In this document: positions 28,300-40,979 of the stretch, piece after piece | Layout: each line of letters begins with the position of its first letter | How positions within the stretch are numbered: position 1 is the stretch's first letter | Source of the DNA: Lama glama | Lineage: Eukaryota | Reading direction: 5' to 3' | Assembly: GCA_028534125.1 (NCBI GenBank) | Contig: CM052817.1 | Span: forward strand, 38,132,001-38,196,000 | DNA: 64,000 nucleotides | Program-made: the position numbers and the translations under genes | The notes under the pieces: generated by a model | Database searches by the model: none | The model's input: the letters and a program-made list of their open reading frames with translations, nothing else | What the model was told of the DNA's origin: nothing

Positions 28300-28460
28300 T
28301 GGCCTCTCTGGTCTCAGGGCCAAGTGAGTTTGGACCCAGCCTCTGCCATTTGATAGTTGGGGAAGTAATTCCATCCCTCTAACGCTCAGCTGTTTCCTTT
28401 GCTGTGAGATGGAAATGACACTACGGCCACTACACAGGGTTGTATTTGGGTAAAGAAAAG
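28300..28460 (+). mobile_element. MIR fragment
   Basis: ctctgccatttgatagttggggaagtaatt...ctgtgagatggaaatgacact...acacagggttgt. Confidence 0.55.
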
Positions 28461-31267
28461 CCTAGTGTAATTATTTTTATCATCTTAATGACACACAAGC
28501 CTCAAATTATTGGTGTTCAAAGAATCCAAAAAGAGAATTCTTCCATGGCTACTTCCTCCTTTAAAAAGTCTTTAAAAATGTGAAATGAAATGAAATTATT
28601 ATTAAAAATAACGTCCTCTACTTTTATCCATCTGGGAGAAACAGGAGGCTTCACAATGCACTATATTTGTTTAAAATAGGAGGCATTAGTAGTTGATTTC
28701 AGGGTTTAAAAATCTACCCATATGCCCTATTTTAAGTGAATTGTATTATTTGGATATGTCAAAATTTGTACTGAAAAAGCACACAGACATGCATTTTGAA
28801 AACTACATATTTTAACCAAATTTATACCAATGTTGAAAGACATGTACTTATTTCAACAGAGCTTAAAATGATAGCTTTTGAATATTTTAAACTGTTTCTC
28901 ATTCATATTAACCAAATATCAGTTGTCTTAAAGCTGAGAGAAAATTAATTACAACAGAAAGTTTTGCAATACGTTCTCCCTCAAGAATACGCAGCGATAT
29001 GAAGTAAAGAGATGTACGCTAGAATGACTGAACTCACTAGGAAAAAGAAGACAATTGCAGGGTCCCTGCTCCCTTTCACATTTAAAAATCCCTGTAGTAA
29101 TGTTTTATAAGTCAAAAAGAAATTTCCTCTTCACACATTTCCTGCGACTCTTAATCACTAGCCTTGAGATATAAACTTGAATTAGAGTAATGAATGTAAG
29201 CTTTCTTGCCTGACAGTATGACCTTAAGTGTGCCCAATAAGTAAACAAAATAGAAGTATAAAAAGAGACCGAGGAACGGTAACAATGTGGCCGATGCAAA
29301 GAACTGTGCCGTGTTATACAGCTCCATCCCATCTGAAGTTCAGTGAATCTTTTCACACGATTAAGGAAGACGGCAAAGGATCCACCCTCTCTCCTAGAAG
29401 CCCTCCTAATAGAGACTCAACTCAGTCCATTTCAAGAGTAAGGATTTTCGAGTTGCAGGAAACTACAGCATACTTTGTGTTCGTTCAGTTACTAGAAACA
29501 CCAATTGTGGGAGAAGTTTCCTCTTTTATCTGGTCTTTGGCCACAGATTACCTGCTAAAATATGCGACAATCTGTAGGCATTCAAATGAATTGATAGACA
29601 CTTCCTCTGTTCTTACTGCTGTAGTCACAGATTCATGAGGGTGTTTTTTTATCACGAGATACTGTAAATTTTTAATAGGTGTCCTCTACTGAACAGACAG
29701 AAACAGGCTCTACTGAATGAAAATATTCTGCTGAACAATCATTCTAGATCCCATTTAAAGACTAATAACAGGTAGCTCTAAAAAGGAACTTCGGCAAATA
29801 AAACAAAACAACACCCTCTGTGGTTTCTCTATTAGATATTAAGGTATTAAGGTATGTCGTCATTTATAAGGACTTTGGAACACTTGGGTGACCAAATCCA
29901 AAAAAAGAAGAGACTAAAATCAAATAAGGCACTAAAATAATCAGCAGTTTCATGTTGGATAAATTGATACATGCTGTCTATGTAATTAATGTGTCTCTCC
30001 ATCGACGTCTACCCTTTATTCGTGGGACTTTGTAATATGGATAATCTCCTTTTGATCAAGTGACATATGGCCTTAAGACAGCTGAGGGCCATTACCCACA
30101 AACTGTGTCACAGTGTGAAATCCAATTCATATTTGAATTTTGAATTATAGAAGCTGTATTTCAGTAATGTTGGTCCATCACAGGTGGGGTGTTTATTGTT
30201 CAAAAATTTCACACTCTGTGGGCTTCCTTTCAATGTGCAAAGTCAGAGCCATAACCATCAGGTCCAATCCTGCTAAATATTCAAAGCCTTGTATACACAA
30301 CAGTAATGAATGAGAAACAAATCATGTGAAAAATAACATGGGATGAGGCATGGCACCTGTGCAGTAGGACAGGTGGTTGCAATGCTGTGTGCACAGGGCC
30401 ACATGGTTCATCACACCTTGTATGGCTGCTGGGCCCAGCATCCACGCTGAAAGCTTCTCTCTTCTTCATGGCTTTTAATTACACAAGCTCACTGCTTAAA
30501 GGCAAGATTTAAAATGAGATTCAGGAAAAATGATTCCTCATGTCCCTTGAGTAATTATAAACTTGGAGCTAGTGTTCTTAAGCAATATTTTTTTCAGAGT
30601 TTACTTAACTTTATTTGGTCATAATTTTTTTTGTTTTTGTTTTATTCTGTTTTCTCCAGACAGATACAGATCCACTGAATTTATTTAAGAAAGGTATTTT
30701 ATACCTTCTAAGTTAATTCCAGCTAAAATTAGCATTTATTTTGCATCTGCTTGGTCAACAGAGTGAAATTATTTTATTCTGGAAAATATTTTACTCTCCA
30801 AAATGTTGGAAAATTAGGCAAATGCAGGCTTAATGCAGTGATAAAGAAGTTCTATGTGAACATACACACTGCTACCAGGGATTCAAATGTGAGTAAATAA
30901 TATTGATAACTGGTGTGAACCACTAGTAAGTCTTATCCTCTGATATCCAAATTCTAATCAATAGAGGCACTTTCCTCTTTGAGAAAGGTACTTGGATGTA
31001 AGGACTATGTTAAGTAATACATGTTCACAAATTGCTAATTTTTATGTTTAAAGATATTTTATGCAATTATTTCTATTGAGTCTATTCTGTTTCATTATGA
31101 TTTCCCAAAGCCATGGGAATAGCTACCATTTTTACTTCACTGCCATTGTTGTTTCCCCTTCTGGATTTAAGCAGACATCAAACATTTATCAGATGTTCAG
31201 ATTAGATTTATCTATGGTCATTGTTAGTGAGAATGCCATGCACAATGCCCATGTTGTGGCAACTTAC

Positions 31268-31430
31268 CTACAGGTTTTATTAGAACTGAATATAGGCCAG
31301 AACAACAGTGAGGAGCTCAGCTCAGCCAGAGGCAGAAGCAAGGAGAGGAAGAGCAGAAACATCCAAGGTACGTCTTCATGTGAATAAAGAAGCCAGCAGG
31401 TGCATGGAGGCAGTGTGGAGTCAGGGAGGG
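31268..31430 (-). other. Candidate alternative first exon (5' boundary unknown)
   Basis: Consensus donor TAG|GTAAGT at 31268, preceded by unique, non-repeat, pyrimidine-rich UTR-like sequence. Confidence 0.3.
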
Positions 31431-31634
31431 AGGGTATGGGGAGCATTTTATTCGGTTGCTATCTGAAAGGAAATGTGCCTAAAATATATCGTTGGAGAAG
31501 TTCCCCTTAAAGAAAGAGCAGGCACATCTGCAGTAACAATCGTCTATACAAAAAAAGAGTTGTTAAAAACACATTTTTAAATAGTTATTTTAGCCTTTTA
31601 ATGATGTATTCAGAATGATTACTTGTTTCTTGAG

Positions 31635-31872
31635 AGACAGTATCCACAGTGGCAATGCACATGGGTCTAGAATCAGTTTTGGAGCGCTGACTCTGACACT
31701 GATTGACATGAGTTGCCATGAGTTATTTAACCTCTTTCCACCCCAATTTCCTCATCTGCACAATTTCCTCATCTGTAATTTATAACATTGTTGTAAGAAT
31801 TAAAAGTGTTTAAGTATGTAAAGTGCTTAGGAAACTGGCTGGCCCACAGGAGCAATGCATGTTCATTATTCT
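31635..31872 (+). mobile_element. MIR SINE with internal tandem duplication (caatttcctcatctg x2)
   Basis: acagtggcaatgcacatgggtctagaatcag...gttatttaacctct...ttgttgtaagaattaaaagtgtt...gtaaagtgcttag. Confidence 0.8.
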
Positions 31873-32977
31873 ATCCTGACATTGTTCAAATCCAATAAAG
31901 AACACTAGCAGAAAAGATGATCAAGATGATTAAATGATGCTGCTAGCACATTTTCAAAGTATGGCGTTACTACTTAATAGAGAGATAAAGCTAACAGATC
32001 CAGAATACTCATACTTATCTGGGAATCTAAGCCAAATACAGACCTCAAGAGGAGGTGGTACAAATGTTATCCAGTTACACAGGTTCATCCCCATGTAGGA
32101 AAACGTATCTGCAATACTATCCACAGTATGGCGGTTTTAATGGAATCCGAATGTGGTTCACTTTGCATATTTGCTGATTTCCTGGATTTTAGGGGAGCAG
32201 ATCCCTCAGCATATTTTAATCCTGTGAGCACTCATATGTCACTTAAAGTCTCCAGTTCCATGAGAATCGTGCCCTCAGAGTTCATCTCAGGAAGCTGTAT
32301 TTGTTCCCCTGCTGTTATAAGCATTTGCCCAAGCAGACTCCAGGACACTCCAGGACAAAGTTAAATTACCCCTCTTTTATTTTAAAGTTTTATTCTTCCA
32401 TTTGCCTTCATGCAACATAGACTCTACAATCACAGCTTCTGGCAGAAATACATTTTTAGGGGAGCACAAAGACTATGGGGCAGAAAAGGCAGAAGTAAGT
32501 GAAGCAAGAGCTCACATGTTTTTAATAACTTAGAAGATGATGCTGTAAACCCAAATGCCTCTTCCTCAATACTAGAGGACGTTTTATTTCCTCAATGGAC
32601 CTTATTTCAGGATTAAGTTGTATGACTCAGCGAGCTGAGTTCACTTAAATTGCACACCAGGTTGGCAGAAAAGAAGCAACTTACATAAGCAAAGTAAGAC
32701 TAGGAGAAAGAATCTGAGTGCTCTCTGTATACGATGGTCTTCTGAGTTCACTCCCAAGAGATAATCTACAGAAATTAATGATAATTGAAACTTAACTCCT
32801 AAAACTTTCCACAGAGATCAGTATTCTCTTTATAAATAACTGTGTCATAGCTGTGCTGGAATCATGGTCTACACTTGCTAAGTGCACATATTAATGGGAC
32901 CCCTGCACATAAACACTGCTCTTTTAAATTTTCCTTTTTGACATTTGCGAAAGGGACTTTTATTTTCTGAGTGAGAA

Positions 32978-33625
32978 CAGCTCTTCTTAAACTTTACTGT
33001 ATAAATAAGAAATAGCTGGGGATTTAGGTACAGATGCAGATTCTGATTCTGTGGGGCACCTTACAACTCCAATTACAACATTTCCATTTACAATCTCTGT
33101 AAGACAACTATGTTTCATTCTGTATCTTTACATTAAGGTATATGTTTACAAACTTGTCAGTTAGATAAACTAAGTGTGTAAGATGACTAAATAGAAAAAA
33201 AAACATTCACAGACATTTTCCTCCATGTTATTTGGATGTGTTGTTTCTGGTAGACCTGTCCAAAGTTTCACTGTTTTTTCAGTAGATCAAAAATAAATGA
33301 CATAAACTGGTATTTCAAAATGTAGAATAGATAAACAAGATTGTACTGTGTAGCACAGGGAAATATATACAGGATCTTGTGGTGGCTCACAGCAGAAGAG
33401 AATGTGACAATGAATGTATGTATGTTCATATATAACTGAAAAATTGTGCTCGACACTGGAATTTGACACAACATTGTAACATGACTATAACTCAATAAAA
33501 ATGTTAAAAAAATTGTATATAGTGGGGGAAAAAATGTCTAGGACAGGGCTGGAGGGTCTGCATTCCTAACCCGCTCTGAAGTAATACTTACGTTGCAAAT
33601 CCATTGACCACACTTTGAATAGTAT
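32978..33625 (-). mobile_element. MER5A/MER5A1 pieces interrupted by a younger L1
   Basis: cttaaactttactgt...atgcagattctgattc at about 32978-33055 and gtctaggacagggc...tctgcattcctaac...gaccacactttgaatag at about 33536-33625. Confidence 0.6.
33288..33512 (+). mobile_element. Lineage-specific (cetartiodactyl/camelid-type) L1 3' end
   Basis: aatagataaacaagattgtactgtgtagcacagggaaatatat...gacacaacattgtaacatgactataactcAATAAAaatgttaaaaaaa. Confidence 0.8.
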
Positions 33626-33701
33626 GGAGGTAATAAGAGAGCTAGTCCTCTACTCTGCATTTTCCTAGGTTCTCACCTTATCATTGGCTCACTTGAGCCA
33701 A

Positions 33702-34147
33702 TGTTATGGGTTGCATAGTGTCCTCCTCAAAAAGATATGATGAAGTTCTAAGCCCCTGTACCTCAGAATGTGAACTTCTTTGGAAATAGAAAGGGTCTTT
33801 ACAGAGATAATTAAGTTAAAGTCAATAGGATGGGCCCTAATGTAATATGATCAGTATCCTTATAAAAAGAGAAAAATTGGACACTGAGGCAGGTGCTCAC
33901 AGAGTAAAGATGATATAGAGACACAAGGAGAAGATGGTTACCTACAAGCTAAGGAATGTCTAAGGGACTAGAAGTTAGCAGAGAGGCCTGGAACACATCT
34001 CTTCCCAGCACCCTCAGCCGGAGCGGTGACCTGACAGCACCTTGATTTTAGACTTCTGGCCTCCAGAACTATGAGACAGCGTATTTCTGTTGTTTAAGCC
34101 CCCCAGTTTGTGGAATTTTGTTACGGCAGCCTTCGGAAAGTAACAGA
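33702..34147 (+). mobile_element. MLT1 (MLT1C-like) MaLR solo LTR
   Basis: tgttatgggttgcatagtgtcc...cctcagaatgtga...ttggaaatag...gacttctggcctccagaactatgagacag...tttgttacggcagcc. Confidence 0.9.
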
Positions 34148-34738
34148 GATATAGTACTAACGACTTTTCCCTGACACCTCCCCATTCTCTGACACACAGG
34201 GAACACTTCGGTGCACCGCTAAACTTAGTGCGACGTGAAGAATGTGAGGACAGCACTCCACATGCAGATAGGGTAACAGGAAGGGGTGAGTCACGTTTCT
34301 CAGTTCTGCCCGAGACGAAAGCCTGGACTGGCCCTACAGTCACTGCAGGTGTTACTCATGAAGCAGGTTACATCTGCTCTTCATGGTCTCTGTTGTTAGT
34401 TCCCCTTAGGAATAGACAAACTTGACTCTTAACACTCAAAGGACATATCCTCAGATTTTTATGAATATCTATCTAAATTCTCAAGTACTTCTACAGCATA
34501 TAATTTTCTTCAGAAAATGAAACATAACTGAAAACTTGGAGAGGCCCCTTAATGATCCTAGATCTAAAATAAGTTGTCAAGGCATTAAAACAATTTCACA
34601 AATCACTTTTGCTGTTGTTTTGCTGCTTTATAGCACGTTTCGTGGATTCACTTTGACATAGATCATCAATACTGTCAAATCCGAATTCCACAATTTATTC
34701 AAAACTGCTCTTGTCTATGAATTCCCATTTATTCCTAC

Positions 34739-34803
34739 CTCTTCACATCCTCTGTGCTTCATTAGAAGCCCTACAGATCGCTTCTCTTTTCGAAGCCATT
34801 TTT
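34739..34803 (-). other. Candidate 65-nt 5'UTR exon with short uORF (MASKREAICRASNEAQRM*)
   Basis: actttgtttcattgtag|AAAAATGGCTTCG...GTGAAGAG|gtagga. Confidence 0.3.
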
Positions 34804-35171
34804 CTACAATGAAACAAAGTTGTTTTTTTTAAATCCTTTTATTAAGGATTGTAATAAATATAAATAGAAAAATATCCCACATAGATTTTTATGTGAAGGT
34901 GTAGGAAAGAGTGAGGTAAACTAATTTCACTCACCAGCTAAATGACGGGTCCATACAAATCAGTCTCACACCAAACATGATTCAAACACATTCCTCGGCA
35001 AAATGACAAATTACTCACAAGGTATTACAGACCTTGGCTTTCATTTTAAAAGAGTAAAACACATGCTTCCAAGATCCATGAAAGTCAAGGGTGTGTGAGG
35101 TTCTTGATTTTGATACTCAGCCACCACACTTCTCCTGAATATATAGTTCATCTTATTTCTTACACTCTCCA

Positions 35172-35370
35172 TCGTTCCCAACTAGGGATGGTACCACTCC
35201 TGGGAGGGGTGTTTGGAAAAATGTAGGAGTGTTTGAGTTTTCACAATAAATGGAGGGAGTTATTGGCATTTAACGGGCAAGGCCTGGAGAAACCAAATAA
35301 AGCAAAGCATGAGATGATAAATCTTTGCCCCTCACCCAATGCCAATGACTCCTCTATGTTGAAGCCCGCT
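35172..35370. mobile_element. MER20-like hAT-Charlie element
   Basis: ggggtgtttggaaaaatgtagg...ttttcacaataaatggagggagttattggcatttaacgggcaaggcc...aatgccaatg...gttgaag. Confidence 0.6.
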
Positions 35371-36079
35371 TCCCATTCTGACATTTCTTTAAGATTAATG
35401 ATCTTTCCGATTTGGGCTCTGGGTTCACCTTTTGACTTCTGCCAGAAACCATGTTGACTTCACAAGTCTCTTCTCTCTGATTTAACAGGTGTGTCATTCC
35501 TTTGCATGTTCAAAGAATGCTGTTTCTCACCCTCTCCACTTTATGAACTGTGATAAAGAACATACCGTGTAACTAACACACCTGTTTTTCTTGGTTTGTT
35601 GTCTAATTTTTTTAGTGTTATCGTTACATCTAATACTGTACACACTGTATTTCAGATAGGACATCTGGGAGATGTTTTTAAGCATTCTTTTGTTCAAGTG
35701 TCCAGCTCCCTCCACCATTACTGTTCCTGTCTCATAACTTCTTTATCCACTCATTTTCAAACATAAATAAGCACCTGCTGTAAGACACAGTGTTAAGCCT
35801 CACGGAGGGAGATGACAGACAGTGAGAATCATGGACTCCCTTGGGGATAGTCCGATTTACCTTGCTTTATTTCTCATTATTTTTTTTTCTATTCTCCCTG
35901 ATAACTTTCTACAACTTTGAACTTTCGCCTGATCTAGAAAAAACTCACTTCTCCACAAAACCGTGGCAATTCTATTTGCTAAAATATCTCCACTCACATC
36001 TATGTTGATTAGCTTTTTGATTATTTCTTCTACTACAGACAAGTCCACATACATGTAATCATTTTAACCTTAAAATTTA

Positions 36080-36210
36080 TGATTTATGCTAATGTTACAG
36101 GTTGTAAAAACTGAGGCTTAAAAGATTCAGTAACTTTCCCAAACAACTTGCTCATGGATTTCAAAACAGGTCTCGCTGACCCTACTGCCTATGTTCTTAA
36201 TGAATATACA
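36080..36210 (-). mobile_element. MIR fragment
   Basis: aaaactgaggcttaaaagattcagtaactttcccaa...ggatttcaaaacaggtctcgctgac. Confidence 0.55.
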
Positions 36211-36898
36211 ATATTCCTGGTAATTAAAACTTCCTTCGCATGACTGCCAGTGAACTTTGTATGCCCTACTTTTAAATCATAGCATAGACACAGTTGGCCT
36301 TCATTCTCAGCGCCTCGACTAAATGCATCACAGCTATTTTAGAAAACGGGTTATGCCTTCCAAGTTTCTATTAAAAATAAACCAAAAAATTGTTTAAAAA
36401 CTTTTCTTGGTTTCTTAGCTAATACAAATCCACAAAGCAGAAGTTCCAAATATAACTAGGTAGTCCTCTGTGAGTTTGCAGTGCCTGCAGGCTTTTGAAG
36501 TCCTGTGAATTTGCCTTAATCTGTTGCTAGGGACACTGCACATTGCTCCAAACAGCCTGCCAGTCTGAGAAACCTAGCGCGAATGACATAAGTGTTTCTT
36601 TCATCCAGGTCAGAGGATGATGTGAGGCGATATGGGAGGTCATGGGAGGGGAGGAATTCAGGATTGAGAGATCAACTAGAGGAATAGGAAATGACAAAGA
36701 AGGAAGAATCCACAGACCCTAAAGGAAAAGCTTTCCAACCGAAGCTGTCCTGCTCCCCACCAAGCCCACGCCCCTTGAGAGCTTTTGGAATTGGTTCAGT
36801 CTAGTCTGACAGCAACTCAGAAAGGCCAGGGCACAGCTGACAGTGTCTCATTCCCTTGTCACACCAATGGCAATCACAGATCAGAAACCCGCACTTAC

Positions 36899-36949
36899 CA
36901 GAGACAGGGAGGCCACTTTGAGACCTCAATCAAGTGTCAGACTTGGAAT
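36899..36949 (-). other. Candidate 51-nt non-coding exon (possible exon 2 of the minus-strand transcript)
   Basis: tttcttactcttaactctctag|ATTCCAAGTC...CCTGTCTCTG|gtaagt. Pyrimidine tract, branch-like CTTAAC and consensus donor; stops in all frames. Confidence 0.5.
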
Positions 36950-38479
36950 CTAGAGAGTTAAGAGTAAGAAATCAGTCTATAATTTTTTTCTGACACTTGT
37001 CAGGCCCCAGGATCAAACATAAAGCATCAGTTTAGAATTAAAGAAAAAAATGAGTGATTTCCATTCATACCTAATTTATACATTATTCTTCCATTTATAC
37101 CTTCGTCAGGAGGAACTGGGGAGCTTGAAAAACATAGAGGATGATGGGGCATGTGGTGCAGAGGAAGGACCACTCTTGACACCCCACTTCTCCTATGATA
37201 ACTGGTATGACTGCCACTAAGCCTGGGCACCCCTCAAGCAGCAAGATGCCATCTCTACCCTATTTGGGGCTGCTTAGTGACACGGTGGGTGTAGCATCTC
37301 CTCTGTGCAAGCACACCAAAGCTTTCTTTTAGCACGTGTAGAGTTTCGTATTTTATACTAAATCTTTGACTTCTCTAGAATTTATTTTGGTGGAAGGGAA
37401 TAAACTCTTTTTTCCCAAATGGCTATAGTTGTACAAATACCTGTTGTCAACTCAATCATCCTTCCCCCACTATTTGAAGTTCTATATTTATTACACAATA
37501 AATTCCTGTGGGAAATGCCAATAACTGGAATGGAGAAACTAAATAGAGGAAAAAATTCCATTCCCACTAAAACACCATATGTATGCTTTCACCTTTCCTC
37601 AATGTTTAAAAATAAAAAGGAGAGCTGTTACAAAAAAGGTGCCATATTTCTGAGGTGTCTCTTTCCTTGATTACAGGTTATTTTTAGCACATGTTGATCT
37701 GTTTTAATCTGATAAATTAATTACCCTGTTAGTTCTTTGATCCCTCTGTGCATCACTGCTGACTCAAGGGGTAGGACGCTATGAATGATCGTTTTGCCAG
37801 CTCAGCTGAAACTAAATTGATACTCAATTTATACATGTCCTTTGCCACATTTTATGTTTGCTTATAAGGGCATGGCTGGTTATGGATATTTTTAAGTGAC
37901 AGAAGATTGAGCTTTTGAGCAAAATAATCAACATACTTTACTCTTCTTTTCTGAATTTCCTTATTATGAAAATCAGGCTGGAAACACTGTAAAAGGCCCT
38001 TAGGGGATCTGAAAAAACTCTGTCAATGAGTTCAGTTGACTTAATTGTTTATTTATTCATTTAACAATTATTTATTAACTTCTGTGAGCCAGAAGAAGAT
38101 TCTAACCAAAGGTGAATGGTGAATGTACAAAGTTAAAATTTCTTTAATAATTCTAGCCTAACTAAGGATTTTACCAGAACCTTAATGTGGAAACATTTAT
38201 TGTTAGACTCTACATCCAATAATACATAGCTGTGTAGGACAAGTAAAATGTACCTAATTATTCTGTAAAGAGGACTCAGTTATTTTCAACGGTTTTGTTG
38301 TTTTAAAGTATTGAAAAACAGAATGAAACAAAACCTTTCTGGAGTTTACTAGGAGAGTTACCTAAATTGATGGAGAGGTACATTTGGTGTGAAGAGGTTG
38401 TTGTCCATAGCAGACTAACCAGATGAACACCAAATTTAGCAAAATGATACTAAGTAATCTGTCTATCCCTGTTTGGGTG

Positions 38480-39037
38480 TGTTAGTTTGTATTAGTCATG
38501 TCTTTTAATTTTCTGTATTTTTGATGCTTTGACATCTGGACTTTGCTGATTCGAAGAGACTGCCCCTTCCAAGGCTAGTCAAATCCTAGAGATAGGAAAG
38601 GCTAACCCACAGCGTGTCTTTTTGATAAAATTAAACCAATTCTGAGCCCATACCCCAACCAGGCCTTTTATCTGGCTCTCACAAGGCTCCCACACTCTGG
38701 GCCACTATCCATCTGTCCTAAACACCTCGGGGCTGGGTACCCAGACACCTTGAGACAGTCTCTATGCCTCAGGGTCTGCTGACATTTGAACTAGCCAGTC
38801 CTAAGCCAGTTTACCCTACATTGCCTGTTCTTTCCCAAGGAAACGATGATAAAAGATCTTGCCCACGTTTTCTCTTTTCTCTCTCTGCCTCCTGGCCAAC
38901 CTCGTTTTTCCCCACGTGGCCCTTCACTGCATGGCATGTCCCTCCTTTTGAAACCGTGAGTAGCAAACAACAGCAATTTTCTCCTGATCTGTTGTTCTCA
39001 CTATACCTAAATGATAATAAAACCTACATTTAAAACA
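38480..39037 (+). mobile_element. MER74-like ERVL solo LTR
   Basis: tttttgatgctttgacatctgg...gagactgcccctt...ggctagtcaaatcctagagatag...aataaaacctacatttaaaaca. Confidence 0.75.
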
Positions 39038-39460
39038 GAGGTCTTACATTAACTTAAAAGAAAAGAAGATACTTCTTTATAGCTACAAAATAATTCCTTT
39101 CAACACACTGATGTGTTCTGATAAGAGTTATCAAGCCAGCAAAACCCCATGCTACAAGAGAGCAGGAGCGAGAGAAGGGACAGCCTCCAGCCTGTTTTAG
39201 ACTTGGTCATCAAAATATTCAAAGCATGCGGATCTTGAAACTATTCCACCAGAAAAGAGCATATAAAAGCCCCTTTTAATTGATTCTGAAACATTGGAGT
39301 AGAATTCTTGAACATTCCCTTAAGGTTGAATACACCTGTAACAGAAGCTTTGCAGTAATTTTCTGTTGATGGTCTCCTGGCCATTAGAAATATTTGGAAG
39401 TTGTAATTACATTGTCCTGCAGTGATTATTTGAATTATATATTGATTAAAAACTGTTTGG

Positions 39461-39960
39461 NNNNNNNNNNNNNNNNNNNNNNNNNNNNNNNNNNNNNNNN
39501 NNNNNNNNNNNNNNNNNNNNNNNNNNNNNNNNNNNNNNNNNNNNNNNNNNNNNNNNNNNNNNNNNNNNNNNNNNNNNNNNNNNNNNNNNNNNNNNNNNNN
39601 NNNNNNNNNNNNNNNNNNNNNNNNNNNNNNNNNNNNNNNNNNNNNNNNNNNNNNNNNNNNNNNNNNNNNNNNNNNNNNNNNNNNNNNNNNNNNNNNNNNN
39701 NNNNNNNNNNNNNNNNNNNNNNNNNNNNNNNNNNNNNNNNNNNNNNNNNNNNNNNNNNNNNNNNNNNNNNNNNNNNNNNNNNNNNNNNNNNNNNNNNNNN
39801 NNNNNNNNNNNNNNNNNNNNNNNNNNNNNNNNNNNNNNNNNNNNNNNNNNNNNNNNNNNNNNNNNNNNNNNNNNNNNNNNNNNNNNNNNNNNNNNNNNNN
39901 NNNNNNNNNNNNNNNNNNNNNNNNNNNNNNNNNNNNNNNNNNNNNNNNNNNNNNNNNNNN
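39461..39960. other. Assembly gap (500 N)
   Basis: Run of N. Confidence 1.
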
Positions 39961-40597
39961 GTCCCTGTGCACACAAAACATGAAGTTCCAAAACTCAAAT
40001 ACGCTGACAACAAAAACTTTAGAAGCTGATTGAATTAATCGTAAGTACATCAAAATACAGCAAAGTATGATCTGGTTCTCAAACAGTTGTTTGTTTTTTT
40101 TTTAAATCACACATACACATATCATTGGCCAAGCAGAAGGTTTCATTTTGACAAGCAGAAACACGGAACACTCCCATGTTGCTTTCATCACCAGCTCAGA
40201 CCCTAAGGCACTCCGCTCTCTCCGAAGTTTCAACCACTAAAATGGGAGTGAAGCAGAGACTACAGCACAGCCAGGACTCCAGAAAAACAGCAGTTCAGAT
40301 TTACATCTGAAGTAGTTCTCGCATGCTTTCAAATCAGCACTGAGATCCCGCATGCGAACAGCTCTGTCATTTGGCAGCAGCAACCAATGAAAGAATCAAG
40401 AAGACGGCACCAAACTGATCACACTTCAGCGTGAGAACAGCAGTATGTCCAATCTGTTGCCATAATTTGGACACCGTGGAGCGCTGAATGGATCATGACA
40501 GAAAACAAGGGTATAAATAAAACCACGCACAGTCTAGGTCCTGAATTTGTGGTGACATAAACATCCCCAAATTATCAAACACAATCAACAGCAATAC

Positions 40598-40960
40598 CTG
40601 GCAATTTGTCTCCGAATTAAGGAAAAAGCACGCAGCTCCCACCTTGCACAGACACCCACTTCAGTGGTCAGTGACAAATGCAGGCTGCACTTGCAGGCTG
40701 GGAGAGAGAGCAGCTGCTCCGTCCTGAGCCTCAGCCGCTCACAGCACCGTGGAGCCCAGCTCGCTCACTCGGGTCCTACTCTCTGTTGGTGCGCTGCAGT
40801 TTCTCCCGTGACTCCATCACCCAGGAATGGAAACTGCTGCTCTCGCCCCAGCTCTAGTGGGCTCGCCGGCTACTGAGCTCAGGTAGAAGTGCTGAGTCCT
40901 GCAAGGTCACCGCAAGGTGAACACGGGCAAAAGGAGTGTACTGGAAAGAGGAGGGACCGT
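40598..40960 (-). other. Candidate first (non-coding) exon of an unidentified minus-strand transcript; TSS not determined
   Basis: Unique, locally GC/CpG-enriched stretch directly downstream (minus sense) of CCAAT/GC boxes, ending at CCAG|gtattg (40598). Confidence 0.45.
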
Positions 40961-40979
40961 CAAGGAAAGACTCTAAACT

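Noticed and set aside
28960..29000. AAGAATACGC resembling miR-137
   Set aside because: Only a short partial match; seed end and hairpin arm are absent.
32015..32094. Minus-strand ORF MGMNLCNWITFVPPPLEVCIWLRFPD as a coding first exon
   Set aside because: Weak donor (TAA|GTATGA) and no recognisable protein.
39241..40053. Long ORFs of 181-270 aa
   Set aside because: Artefacts of reading through the N gap.
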